Source: an uncultured Ignavibacteriales bacterium
GTDB lineage: Bacteria > Zixibacteria > MSB-5A5 > GN15 > JAAZOE01
Assembly (NCBI GenBank): GCA_964549765.1
Contig: CAZJWR010000002.1
Location: 30,691-94,690 of the forward strand
DNA: 64,000 nt
Reading direction: 5' to 3'
The translations under genes were made by a program, and so were the position numbers. Each line of letters begins with the position of its first letter. The stretch's first letter is position 1. Below are positions 8,928 through 18,901 of this stretch, in pieces. Under the pieces are notes generated by a model, which did no database searches, was not told the origin of the DNA, and worked only from the letters and a program-made list of their open reading frames with translations.

Positions 8928-9992
8928 TCAATTGCCCGCCGCATCCGGGACCAGGACCGAACGTTTAAGCAGTTTGTGTTCCAGCGTCTGCTGGAAAATG
9001 TCGTTTATCTTGGACAAGGCGAACGTCTCCGTAAACGGTTTGAGTTGCAATGTACCCTTGGCGACAAGATCAATGACATCGGGATACAGTTCCGGCTTGC
9101 ATCCCCAGGTGCCGATCAGTTGGGCGTCGAAGGCCATCAGGTTGCTCAGGCGGACTTCCAGTTTATCGAGGGTGAAACCGACGATGGAAAGGACTCCGGC
9201 GATTCCCAACAGCCCGAAGGCCAGTTCTTGGCCCGGTTTGGTGCCCGAGGTCTCGAATATTTTCCATCCGAAGGGCGATGCGCCCATCTCCTTGCAGGCC
9301 GATTTGACCTGCTTTTTCAATTCTTTGAAGTCGAGGCCTTTGGGGTTTATGGTCGAGGTTATGCCGATGGCGGCGAGTTGATCGAGCTTTTGCGGATCGA
9401 TATCGATGGCGAGGACTTTCGCGCCGAGGATGTTGGCCAATTGCGCGGCATAGATACCGATTCCGCCGACGCCGATGACGATGGCGAAATCGCCTGCTTT
9501 CAGTCCGCTCTTGACGATGACCTGATAGGGTGTCGAGACGGCATCGGCGATCACCGATAGCTCCGCCAGCGAATGAGAGGCCATGGCGGCGTCGGGCACC
9601 GGCACGGCGTATCGGGCCGGGACGGCGATATGGCTGGCGAATCCGCCGTGAAAATCATTGCCGGGCATTTTCTGATTTTGACAGATATTGCTGCGGTCGT
9701 TCTTGCACAATTCGCATTCGCCGCAGGGCAGCACGGCCGGGATAATAACCGGTTTGCCTTTGAGCGCCGCCGGACCTTCGACAACCGTGCCGCTGATTTC
9801 GTGTCCCAGGACAAGCGGCAGTTCATGGCGGGTCGGGACGCCGTAATGCCAGAAGCTGAGATCGGTATGGCAGACCCCGCAGCCGGCGATTTTTACCAGC
9901 GCCTCGTCCTCGCCGACCTTCGGCCACGGGAGCGTAACCTGTTCGAAGGGCTTATCCTTGGCGGTCATTTGATATGCCAGTATGCTTTCCAT
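8928..9992 (-). CDS. had: Zn-dependent alcohol dehydrogenase family; candidate 6-hydroxycyclohex-1-ene-1-carbonyl-CoA dehydrogenase
   Basis: GCGVCHTDLSFW...GHEISGTV is the Zn-ADH signature and GVGGIGIY is the Rossmann motif. AGGAGG lies before the ATG. The specific function is inferred from context next to oah/dch. Confidence 0.65.
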   Translation of the reverse strand: MESILAYQMTAKDKPFEQVTLPWPKVGEDEALVKIAGCGVCHTDLSFWHYGVPTRHELPLVLGHEISGTVVEGPAALKGKPVIIPAVLPCGECELCKNDRSNICQNQKMPGNDFHGGFASHIAVPARYAVPVPDAAMASHSLAELSVIADAVSTPYQVIVKSGLKAGDFAIVIGVGGIGIYAAQLANILGAKVLAIDIDPQKLDQLAAIGITSTINPKGLDFKELKKQVKSACKEMGASPFGWKIFETSGTKPGQELAFGLLGIAGVLSIVGFTLDKLEVRLSNLMAFDAQLIGTWGCKPELYPDVIDLVAKGTLQLKPFTETFALSKINDIFQQTLEHKLLKRSVLVPDAAGN

Positions 9993-10103
9993 AGTACCTC
10001 CTTGCAGGATTTATATATGTTAATCTCTTTTTGTCGTTCCCCGTTTCGCCGACCGGGCGGGACATCGGTCCTGTCGACGTTGCCCGAAGCGCCGCGCCGG
10101 CGA

Positions 10104-11054
10104 TTATTCCACCGTGTATTCGAGCAGATGAACCAGCGCCGTGACGCATTGGTTCAGCGGCGTCGGTTTGCAATGCTTGCGGCCGTACTCGACGATCTTG
10201 CCGTTGAGCTGATCGATTTCGGTGCGGTTGCCGTTTTCGAGGTCGATCAGCATCGAGGGCCGGTGATGCCCGGCGTTTTTCAAGTAACGGATGCAGAATC
10301 GCCGGAATTTTCGGCCCAGTTCGATCCCTTCCATTTCCGCCACGCGCACCGATTCGTCGATAATTGCCTCGACCAACTCCAGCGTGAAGGGGAAATCCAT
10401 GACGTCCTTCATGGTTTTGCGGGAGATGGCACAGACGGCGCTGAGAGCGGCGTTGAGGATGGCCTTCTCCCAGATGTAATCCTGAATATCCTCGGGAATT
10501 TCCGTATCCATATCCACGGAATTCAGGAGTGCGACGATTTTATCGACGATTTGCCGGCCATTGGGCGACAGGCAAGCGATATAGTTCGGCGGATTGAAAA
10601 AACTCACATGGACGGTATTGGCGTCGCTCATGCTTCCGGCATAATTGACGACCATTCGCAGCGTCTTGTCGTCGCCGAATTCCCGGGCGACGATCACTTC
10701 GTTGTCGATGCCGTTCTGGGCGCACATGACATACATCTTGTCCGATGCGAAATCCGCCAGTTGGCCGACAACTTTTTTGAGGCTGGGTGTTTTTACGGCG
10801 ACGACGGCCAGATCGAGGTCGAACGAGGCCAACTCCTGGATGGAATAGCATACGTCCGACACCGGAACCGTTTTTTCGATGACATTTTTCAGGCGCAGCC
10901 CGGATTTTTTTATCTTGTCCATCTTGGTCGTGATAATGTCGCACGGAATAACATAGGCGCCCGCCTCGGCGAGATGGGCCGCCAGGATGGACCCCACCGG
11001 CCCCATGCCGATGACACCGACGCGCATTTGATCGTTGTTGTTATTATTCGCCAT
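10104..11054 (-). CDS. 2-dehydropantoate 2-reductase family (PanE/ApbA-like) oxidoreductase
   Basis: MRVGVIGMGPVGSILAAHLAEAG is an N-terminal Rossmann motif. The C-terminal region has ...PSMLIDLENGNRTEIDQLNG, typical of ketopantoate reductases. Confidence 0.75.
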   Translation of the reverse strand: MANNNNNDQMRVGVIGMGPVGSILAAHLAEAGAYVIPCDIITTKMDKIKKSGLRLKNVIEKTVPVSDVCYSIQELASFDLDLAVVAVKTPSLKKVVGQLADFASDKMYVMCAQNGIDNEVIVAREFGDDKTLRMVVNYAGSMSDANTVHVSFFNPPNYIACLSPNGRQIVDKIVALLNSVDMDTEIPEDIQDYIWEKAILNAALSAVCAISRKTMKDVMDFPFTLELVEAIIDESVRVAEMEGIELGRKFRRFCIRYLKNAGHHRPSMLIDLENGNRTEIDQLNGKIVEYGRKHCKPTPLNQCVTALVHLLEYTVE

Positions 11055-11100
11055 AATCGTCTCCCTATATTCAGACGTCCCAATATAAGAAATCCCAAGG

Positions 11101-12513
11101 TTAAGTGGGTGCCACTATTTTTCTTTTATCCACGACAAACACGACAAAGAATGTGACCAGGCTGACGATCCAGCAGAAAAATATCGGGTGAGGAAGCCCG
11201 ATCAATCGAAAGGCCGCGCCGATCCCCGGGAATATGAGCCAGGCGACAAGCGCGGCCATGGCCATGAGCAATGTCCATGTCGCATGCGCCCGGCGGCATA
11301 CCGAGGGCCAGAAGATGGTCATCAGGGTGATCAAGGTATAGGCGGTGGTCAGGGTCAGGCCGATCAAAAGCGTTTGCAGAATGCCCGACACCGATACCGC
11401 CAGGATATAGGTGAAAACGCTCAGCACCAAAACGGCGAGGCGCGAAATAACCCGTTCCCGTTTCTCGGACAAATCTGGAGCGATGAACCGTTTTACGATA
11501 TCGCCGACGACCAACGTGGCGCTGCCGATCAGCAGGGCCGAGGCGGTGGAAACGTCGGCCGCCCAGAGGCCGGCCAATATCATTCCGGCCACGACCGGAC
11601 TCAGGCTCAGCACCGTGCGGGGGAGGGCCTCGGTGGGGATGATTCCCGGATGCATAACGGCGGCGGCCACGCCGATAACGGCGCTGATGAAACCGACCGG
11701 CAGGATGATCAAACCTCCGAGAAGGAAACCCCATCGGGCGGCTCGGGCGTTTTTGGCGGCGAAACTAATCTGCACCACCGATTGCACCGAAAATACCATC
11801 GTACACATCACCACAAACCAGGCGACTATCAATCCCCACCCGATGGCGCCGAGATCGAAGCCCGGATGCTGAGGGGGAAGTTGCGAAACGATCCGGCCGA
11901 ATCCACCGATTTTTCCCACCGCCATGAAGGCGCCCAGAAGAACTCCCACATAGATGAAGATGACATTGAAGATATTGGTCAGGCCGGCTGCCCAGAAACC
12001 TCCGATTAGCGTGATGCCCACGAATACGACGGCGGTGACCAGCATCCCCGTGTGAAAGCTGAACACGCCGGGCAAAAGAGATGACAGGATGGCGCCGCCC
12101 GCGACATACTGCAACGATGTGATGACAAGCTGCAATATGATTTGCCCGATGGCGCCTATAACCCGTCCGGAGACGCTGTAATGCTTTTCGAAAAGTTCCG
12201 GCAGGGTGCTGATCTCCAGTTTTCGATAACGATGCGCCGCGAACAGTCCGACCAGTAATGCGCCTGCCGCCCAGGCGGCATTGTACCATCCGGCGGATAT
12301 GCCCGATTTGTAGGCCCGTTCGGCCACCCCGATAGTCGACGCGCCGCCGACGGCCAACCCGGCCAGAAGTGGGGCGATAACCCAGAAGGGAAGGCTGCGT
12401 CCCGCGAGCAGATAGGCGATCATGCCGCCGCGACTGAGACGTCGGGTCATCCAGGTCACGATATAGAGCAGGATGACGTACAGGCAGACGATACTCAGCG
12501 GAATCCAGTTCAT
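11101..12513 (-). CDS. sodium:solute symporter family (SSF) transporter
   Basis: Polytopic membrane protein. MNWIPLSIVCLYVILLYIVTW...AYLLAGRSLPFWV is a typical SSF N-terminus. The start at 12513 is preferred over 12546. Confidence 0.8.
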   Translation of the reverse strand: MNWIPLSIVCLYVILLYIVTWMTRRLSRGGMIAYLLAGRSLPFWVIAPLLAGLAVGGASTIGVAERAYKSGISAGWYNAAWAAGALLVGLFAAHRYRKLEISTLPELFEKHYSVSGRVIGAIGQIILQLVITSLQYVAGGAILSSLLPGVFSFHTGMLVTAVVFVGITLIGGFWAAGLTNIFNVIFIYVGVLLGAFMAVGKIGGFGRIVSQLPPQHPGFDLGAIGWGLIVAWFVVMCTMVFSVQSVVQISFAAKNARAARWGFLLGGLIILPVGFISAVIGVAAAVMHPGIIPTEALPRTVLSLSPVVAGMILAGLWAADVSTASALLIGSATLVVGDIVKRFIAPDLSEKRERVISRLAVLVLSVFTYILAVSVSGILQTLLIGLTLTTAYTLITLMTIFWPSVCRRAHATWTLLMAMAALVAWLIFPGIGAAFRLIGLPHPIFFCWIVSLVTFFVVFVVDKRKIVAPT

Positions 12514-12623
12514 AGCCGTCCCCTGAGGGAATGTTTGAAAATGCATTGGGTCGGGTTTCCCGTTACGTTTCGCGTCACGAGGACCCCGACCTTCTTACCT
12601 GTTGCGTATTAACCTTGTTCAAT

Positions 12624-14714
12624 TCATCCTGCCGTCTTGACTTTCACGCGGGCGTCAACCACTTCCACCCCTTTGCCCTTGTCGAAAGCGAAGGCGGGAT
12701 TGAGATCCATCTCGTCGATTTCCGGGAAGTCCGAACACAACTGCGAGAGCCGCATCAGCGTTTCCGTCAGGGCGTCGATATCGGCCGGTTTCGCGCCCCG
12801 TGTGCCCTCGAGTATGGGATAACCTTTGATGCCGTGAATCATGCCCAAAGCGTCCTGTTGAGAAAGCGGCGCGAGGCGAAATTGCACGTCCTTCAGGGTT
12901 TCGACGAACACGCCGCCCAGACCGAACATCAGCATCGGCGCCAGACCGGGGTTGGCCTTGGCGCCCATGATCACTTCCCGGCCGCCGGTGCGGTATTCCT
13001 GAAGGATGAATCCGGGCTTGAATTCCTTGAACGCCGCCGACATCTCGTCGAACGCTTTGAGAAGTGCAGCTTCATTGGGAAGATCGAGATAGACCCCGCC
13101 GGCATCCGTCTTATGAACGATCGCTTCGGCATCCACCTTGAGGACCAGCGGATAGGTGAGTTTCGCGGCTTCTTTCTTCAGCTCGTCTTTGATCTTTATT
13201 CTCACGCTTTTCACGGCCGGTATGCCATAGCATTTCAGGAGTTCGAACACATCGGCTTGGGGGAGAAAAACATCTTTGCCGGAATACTGTCCAATGATTT
13301 CTTGAGAGCGTTTCTTATCGGATTCGAATGTTTGGTAGGCGGGCGCTTCCCGCTGCGCGATGCGGCCGTACTTGATCATCGCCGCCAGCGCTCGGGAGGC
13401 CGATTCGGGGTAATCGAAAACGGGGATGCCGCTCTGTCGGACCAGCCGGACGACCTCGCCGAATTTTTCTTCGATCGTCAGGATGATGCAGACGATCGGC
13501 TTGTCGGCGGCGGCGCCGATTTCGCCGAGTTTGCGGGCGACTGCTTCGCAGTCGACAAACGGCGGCGTCACAAAATTGAGAATCAGCGAATCGATGTTGG
13601 GGTCTTTCAGAAGCGCCTCGACCGCGCCGCCATATTCCTTGGCGCCGGCGGTGGCGATGACGTCGACCGGATTGGAAACGATCGCTTCGGAGAAGAGGAG
13701 TTCCCCGAGGGTCTTTCCCGTCTGCGGGCTCAGTTCGGCCAGTTTCAGGCCGGCGGCGATGCATTCATCGACGGCGATAATGGCCGGGCCGCCGGTGTTG
13801 GTGACGATGACGACCTTATCGGATTTGGGGACGGGCTGGGTCGAAAAGGCGATGGCGGCTTCTATCATCTCCTGCTGGGTATCGAAACGAAGCACGCCGC
13901 CCTTTTCGAAAATCGCGTTGGCCAGCGTATCCTGCTCGATCATCGAGCCGGTATGCGAGGCCACGGCCCGGACGCCTTCCGAGGTTTTCCCGGCTTTCAG
14001 CGTCAGGATCGGTTTCTTTTTTGTCACCCGCTTTGCCACTTCGAGAAAGCCGGCGGGATCCGAGAGAGTTTCGATATGGGTCATGATGACTTTGGCATCG
14101 TCGTCTTGACCGAAATAATCGATGATTTCATTCATGCTCACATCGGCCTCGTTCCCGAAGCTGGCGTACATGCGTATGCCCATGCCGATGCGATACAACT
14201 GCAATTTCAACGTTTCGCCAACGCCGCCGCTCTGGGCGACGATAGAAATATTGCCGGGAGTCATGGGTACGAATGTGAAATTCGCATAGACCGATACGGC
14301 CGGATCGGAATTTTGTATGCCTTGCGAGTTTGGCCCATAAATCCGCATGCCGTATTTGTGCGCGATATCGACGATCTGTTTTTCGAGTTTCCGTCCCTCC
14401 TCGCCGACCTCTTTGAATCCGGCGGTGTGGACGATGGCGTACTTAACGCCTTTCTTGCCGCATTCTTCGAGGACGGAGGGGACGAGCGTGTTCTTGATCG
14501 AAATATTGACGAGGTCGATCTCATCGGGGACATCGTTCACAGAGGCGTAGGTCTTGAAGCTTTTGATGGATTTCGACTTCGGATTGATGGGGTAGATGGG
14601 TCCTTTGAAATTATGATCAACGAGATTCTGGATGACAATATGCCCTATACTCAGAGGATTATTGGAAGCGCCGATAATCGCCACCGATCGGGGCTTGAAT
14701 AAGCCGTCAAGCAT
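12624..14714 (-). CDS. ADP-forming (NDP-forming) acyl-CoA synthetase, fused alpha/beta type
   Basis: The 696-aa protein begins LFKPRSVAIIGASNNP...IYPINPK (CoA-binding domain). This is followed by ligase-CoA and ATP-grasp regions. The start overlaps the upstream activase stop by 8 nt. Confidence 0.8.
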   Translation of the reverse strand: MLDGLFKPRSVAIIGASNNPLSIGHIVIQNLVDHNFKGPIYPINPKSKSIKSFKTYASVNDVPDEIDLVNISIKNTLVPSVLEECGKKGVKYAIVHTAGFKEVGEEGRKLEKQIVDIAHKYGMRIYGPNSQGIQNSDPAVSVYANFTFVPMTPGNISIVAQSGGVGETLKLQLYRIGMGIRMYASFGNEADVSMNEIIDYFGQDDDAKVIMTHIETLSDPAGFLEVAKRVTKKKPILTLKAGKTSEGVRAVASHTGSMIEQDTLANAIFEKGGVLRFDTQQEMIEAAIAFSTQPVPKSDKVVIVTNTGGPAIIAVDECIAAGLKLAELSPQTGKTLGELLFSEAIVSNPVDVIATAGAKEYGGAVEALLKDPNIDSLILNFVTPPFVDCEAVARKLGEIGAAADKPIVCIILTIEEKFGEVVRLVRQSGIPVFDYPESASRALAAMIKYGRIAQREAPAYQTFESDKKRSQEIIGQYSGKDVFLPQADVFELLKCYGIPAVKSVRIKIKDELKKEAAKLTYPLVLKVDAEAIVHKTDAGGVYLDLPNEAALLKAFDEMSAAFKEFKPGFILQEYRTGGREVIMGAKANPGLAPMLMFGLGGVFVETLKDVQFRLAPLSQQDALGMIHGIKGYPILEGTRGAKPADIDALTETLMRLSQLCSDFPEIDEMDLNPAFAFDKGKGVEVVDARVKVKTAG

Positions 14715-15492
14715 CTTGACCTCCTTGATGTTTTAATGCATACAGGGCCGCTCCAAGAGCGCCCGTCAGCTGCGGGAGAGGGGGAACGAATATTCTGCTG
14801 CTCGTCTTTTCCTCGAACATGGTGACAAGATATGGATTGTATGCCACGACTCCCCCGCTCATTACTATCGAACCGTTCATCGAGTCCATTTCGAGGACCC
14901 GCTTGATGATCGAATTAAACAGCCCCTTGATGATATCGGCCACGTCGACGCCTTCGCGAATTTTAGCCAGAATTTCCGTTCCGGTAAATACCGTGCAATA
15001 GCTGCCCAGTTCGATGTTGTTTTTCGCGCTCCCGGCCATGTCGTTCAACCGCCCCAGGTCTATCCGCAGCCGGTACGCCATTTCTTCCAGAAACGCTCCG
15101 GTTCCGGCGGCGCATTTGCGGTTCATTTTGAATCCGGTTCGTTTGCCGTCGTCGTCAATCTTGATGATTTTATTATCCTGCCCGCCGATATCGACCAGAG
15201 TATGGGCCTGCGGAAAATGATGGAAACTTCCCTCGGCGTGGCAACTGATTTCCGTCCTTGTTTCGTCGGCGTACGAGACATTGCGCCGGCCGTATCCGGT
15301 TGTGACGACAACAAATGTGTCATCGTCGCGGCATCCGGCCTGTTCGCGCGCGGCAGCATAGGCGCGGTCGGCGGCGGCGCTGAAATCGGCCGCGGAATCG
15401 TTTACCGCATGGCCGCGCACATCCTTTTTTTCATCGATAATAATCGCCTTGGTGGTCGAGGCGCCAATATCGATACCGACAAAGTACTTCAT
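14707..15492 (-). CDS. BcrAD/BadFG-type ATPase; activase of a 2-hydroxyacyl-CoA dehydratase/DCCP-type enzyme
   Basis: GIDIGASTTKAIII, VDIGGQDNK and NRKCAAGTGAFLE are ASKHA-fold motifs, with the bridging-cluster Cys as in HgdC-like activators. Confidence 0.8.
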   Translation of the reverse strand: MKYFVGIDIGASTTKAIIIDEKKDVRGHAVNDSAADFSAAADRAYAAAREQAGCRDDDTFVVVTTGYGRRNVSYADETRTEISCHAEGSFHHFPQAHTLVDIGGQDNKIIKIDDDGKRTGFKMNRKCAAGTGAFLEEMAYRLRIDLGRLNDMAGSAKNNIELGSYCTVFTGTEILAKIREGVDVADIIKGLFNSIIKRVLEMDSMNGSIVMSGGVVAYNPYLVTMFEEKTSSRIFVPPLPQLTGALGAALYALKHQGGQDA

Positions 15493-15527
15493 TCAGTTTG
15501 TCAGGTCCCACACGTAGAGAAGAATTA

Positions 15528-16772
15528 TTACCGGGCCTCCAGTTGCTCAATGAAGGCTTCTATATTCGTTTTGGCCTGCTCTTCGGAGTAGCAGCGCAGG
15601 TCGTTGAGATCGCCGTTTATGGTCAGGGCGGGAATACCCAGCCGTTTTTCGAGCCGTTCGGGCATGCCGTAGCGGTTGTTTGAATTATTCGGGCAGGTTT
15701 TGGAATCGTGGAACAGGATCCCGTCCAGTTTGAAACGGCGAACCATATCTTCGATATATTGCTCTTTGAAATTCTCGTCTCGCACAATAAAAATTTCGGT
15801 ATACGCCCGGGCCATGCTCAGGAAAGGATCGGCCGGGTCGAACGCCTCAAAAATCCAGCTGTTGCAATAGGTCGAGGTTATCACGGCCGCTTTGAGGCCG
15901 ATGAAAAATTCGGACAGGTCGCGTAGTTTGCCCCAGATCGGCATGCCTTCCCAATAGAGGCGATACTTCTCACCTTCGACCGCCCCCTCTTTGTTGGCGA
16001 CCCGTTCTTCCAGCTCTTTCAGCAACAACTCATAATAGTCGACGGCCGTCTGCGATCCGCGCAGGATGACGGCGGGGCCCATATGAATGGTGGCGTCGAA
16101 AAAGCTCATGGGAGCTGGCGAGGCCATATTCGTCTCAAGGACTTTTTTCCAAAGGTCGCTGCATTTCTTGGACATGGCCAGCGATTCCCGGAATTTGTCG
16201 ATGTCGAATTTATTGCCCGAAATTTTTACCAGAGGCGGGATGAGGTCTTCGATCTGCCGGACGATACCGGCCAGGATGTCGTCGGTGATGTGCCCGATGT
16301 TGCGGAAGGTGGAGATGCCCATGATCGGAACCTGCAATTCGCGGGCATACCATGACAGCCAGTCCTGCACGTCTCGGCATTGATTGGTGTTGAACATGAG
16401 CACATCCGGTTTCGGGACGCCCTCGATGCCCTTGTAAGCAAGCGACAGCGGCGTTTGCTTCTTGAGGAACGATCCGATGTCGCTGGTCAGGTAGGAACAA
16501 ATGTCCGGCGAATACCCGATGGCATTGGTTGCCGGGATGCAGTCGGTGGCCATCCGTGTGGCCCCCAGCATGGCGCCGTGGTTTTCCGGATAGTAAACGA
16601 GAAACCCCAGGCTCAACAGAAGCTCCGCCGGTCCGACGCTGGTGCACCAGGCGATTTTTTTCGTTCCCTCTCGGGCCGCCGCATCCATCTCATAGAAATA
16701 ATCGGCCATGATTTTCTTCATTTGGCCGGTGGCCTGGATTTTCTTGATGGTGGCTTTGTTGTCAGCGCTCAT
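15528..16772 (-). CDS. 2-hydroxyacyl-CoA dehydratase / benzoyl-CoA reductase B/C-family protein, single subunit (possibly double-cubane-cluster type)
   Basis: 414 aa. ...IAWCTSVGPAELLLSLGF..YYPENH... and the C-terminal ...FHDSKTCPNNSN... are typical of the HgdA/B-BcrB/C fold. Only one such subunit is present, followed directly by one activase. Confidence 0.65.
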   Translation of the reverse strand: MSADNKATIKKIQATGQMKKIMADYFYEMDAAAREGTKKIAWCTSVGPAELLLSLGFLVYYPENHGAMLGATRMATDCIPATNAIGYSPDICSYLTSDIGSFLKKQTPLSLAYKGIEGVPKPDVLMFNTNQCRDVQDWLSWYARELQVPIMGISTFRNIGHITDDILAGIVRQIEDLIPPLVKISGNKFDIDKFRESLAMSKKCSDLWKKVLETNMASPAPMSFFDATIHMGPAVILRGSQTAVDYYELLLKELEERVANKEGAVEGEKYRLYWEGMPIWGKLRDLSEFFIGLKAAVITSTYCNSWIFEAFDPADPFLSMARAYTEIFIVRDENFKEQYIEDMVRRFKLDGILFHDSKTCPNNSNNRYGMPERLEKRLGIPALTINGDLNDLRCYSEEQAKTNIEAFIEQLEAR

Positions 16773-16822
16773 GGCATTCTCCTCAGAAGAATTTGTCTTC
16801 CGTGCAACCGACTATATTTTCG

Positions 16823-18901
16823 CTATACATTCATCGTTTTGGAGCAGGCCGCTCCAATCACACCGCCCCGGCACAACGGGGAACTCATAAATCCAGCAGA
16901 ATGCTTGGCCTGTACGCCAAGGGCATCCGCCAAAGGCGCGCCGCACGATTCCCGGATGCAATCCATGATTGCTTTCCGCGCCGATTCGACAGCGGGATTA
17001 CCGGAATCGGGCAGGCCGGTTTCGTCCGGGATTCCGCTCAGCGCCTTCTCGACGATTTTTCTTTGTGGCGGGGCACTCCCGTCGCCGGATGCGATTTTCC
17101 AGACCATCTGAATGGCGTCATCCATCGGCCCGGCATAATCGACCAGCCAGCCGACGGCGTCGGCGGCCGGGATCGCTTTGCCGGTCAGCAGCAGGTTGAT
17201 AATTTTCGGCCAGCCTTCGGGACGGGATTTCCTAAACGACCAATGGCATCCCTCCATGCCGGGGATAACCGGTAGAGTGACTTCGGGCATGCCGAGGACG
17301 CTCGCATTTAATGCAACGAGGTAATGGCAATGCATCATCAGCTCCAGCATGCCGCCCAGGCAGCGTTTGCCGTTAATGAATCCCACCGAGGTCTTGAAAT
17401 CGTTCGCCAGCCGCCGGGCCGTCTGCGACCACGCCGTCGATATCCGCAGGCCCTGGTCACTGTCCTCCAGCGCCGGGAAAAATTCGCTGGTGTCGGCGCC
17501 GACCAATTGCGACGACAGATGGAAATCGCCGGTGACGATGACGCGGTCGATTTTTTCATTCACCAGCCAGTCAATGGCCCGGTTCAATTCGGCGTCGACG
17601 TCGCTATTGTAGCTTTCGCGGCCAAGCGTAATAATGCCGACCTTACCGTCGTGCTCGGCGTTGACATACAATTGCTGCCATTCGGCATTTTCGATCTTTC
17701 CGAAGACATCCGGATTCCAGGGGGATTCGGCGGCCTCCGGATGGAGTTTATGATATTCTTCGACGCGCTTGATGGCCTTATCGGGCCCGATTTCGCGGAT
17801 GTAGGCAAGGATGCCCTTGCGGAACTGGGCGCACAATTCGCCGATGGCGTTGATGTGCGACAGGTGCGAACGGTTTTCCTGAAGCATCAGGCCGGTCATT
17901 TGGATGGTTGGACCTGCAACCCAGTTCAGGAATTCGTCCTCGTCGTCCATGGTCCAATCGACCACGGGGCGGAAATGATTCATGGGATACCAGTTCTGCC
18001 CGCTTGTTTTGCGTTCCACCAGGTCTGCCGTCGGCGTGAACAGGTCGCCGTATTTTTCGCTCAGGTGATGCAGGCACGACCAGGTCAGGAAATTGGCGCC
18101 GGCGGCGCCGATGGCGTCATGCGCCCGGAACGGGTTCGGGCCGAGCGTCTTGCGTACGAATTTGTCGATTTTCCAGAACGGCATGTTCGAGGCGCGATGA
18201 TACCGCAGTGCGGCCAGAGTCAGGCCGCAGAAGAGCACATCGAGGACGAACGACCAATAATCGCTGACCGGCATGGGGATCAACCCTACCGACCAGAGAA
18301 GCTGTGTGATCGGCGAAGTGTTCGACTCGACAATTTCGAAGACCTTATTTATCTGATGCGGAAAGGCCGGATGCGCGATTCCGACGCCCAGTTCCGAGCT
18401 GGGAAATCCCGACGTGACGGAACGAATTTCCGCCTTGGGAAAGGCCTCACGGAAGACACCGTAATGGGCCTTTTTGATATCGAGGATTTCCGGGATCGCT
18501 TCGAGCAGAAAGCGGGGCTGCAGCCGCTTCAATTCCGACGGCAGGCGGCGGCCGTCGTAATTCAGCCTGATGACATTGCCCATGATTTCGTCGGCGCGCT
18601 GTTGGCCGAACGAACCCCTGAGGCCCTGATATTGCATGCCGAGGCCGTCCGGGGCGCCGGGGAAATCGAGGCCGACGATCGGGACGTTATAGGGGAGAAG
18701 CCGTGAACCGAACTGCATGGTTTTGCCGGCGCCGACGATGCCGTTGGCTCCGGAAATGACCATCGCGCCGCGTTCGCCCGCCGGGCCGAAAATGTGATCC
18801 ACCAGATTTTCCGCCGTGACGGGGAGGCGGCCGTTTTGAAAGATCTCCAGGACGTGTCCCAGACCGAGAGTATCCGTGGTTGGCTGTCTTAGTGCTTTCA
18901 T
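16823..18901 (-). CDS. fusion protein: N-terminal 3-hydroxyacyl-CoA dehydrogenase-like domain + C-terminal enoyl-CoA hydratase (crotonase) domain
   Basis: The N-terminal part has VISGANGIVGAGKT (Rossmann), ...EAIPEILDIKK... and NPFRAHDAIG. The C-terminal part has ITLGRESYNS...GKRCLGGMLELMMHC (crotonase). The start overlaps the thiolase stop (ATGA). Confidence 0.65.
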   Translation of the reverse strand: MKALRQPTTDTLGLGHVLEIFQNGRLPVTAENLVDHIFGPAGERGAMVISGANGIVGAGKTMQFGSRLLPYNVPIVGLDFPGAPDGLGMQYQGLRGSFGQQRADEIMGNVIRLNYDGRRLPSELKRLQPRFLLEAIPEILDIKKAHYGVFREAFPKAEIRSVTSGFPSSELGVGIAHPAFPHQINKVFEIVESNTSPITQLLWSVGLIPMPVSDYWSFVLDVLFCGLTLAALRYHRASNMPFWKIDKFVRKTLGPNPFRAHDAIGAAGANFLTWSCLHHLSEKYGDLFTPTADLVERKTSGQNWYPMNHFRPVVDWTMDDEDEFLNWVAGPTIQMTGLMLQENRSHLSHINAIGELCAQFRKGILAYIREIGPDKAIKRVEEYHKLHPEAAESPWNPDVFGKIENAEWQQLYVNAEHDGKVGIITLGRESYNSDVDAELNRAIDWLVNEKIDRVIVTGDFHLSSQLVGADTSEFFPALEDSDQGLRISTAWSQTARRLANDFKTSVGFINGKRCLGGMLELMMHCHYLVALNASVLGMPEVTLPVIPGMEGCHWSFRKSRPEGWPKIINLLLTGKAIPAADAVGWLVDYAGPMDDAIQMVWKIASGDGSAPPQRKIVEKALSGIPDETGLPDSGNPAVESARKAIMDCIRESCGAPLADALGVQAKHSAGFMSSPLCRGGVIGAACSKTMNV

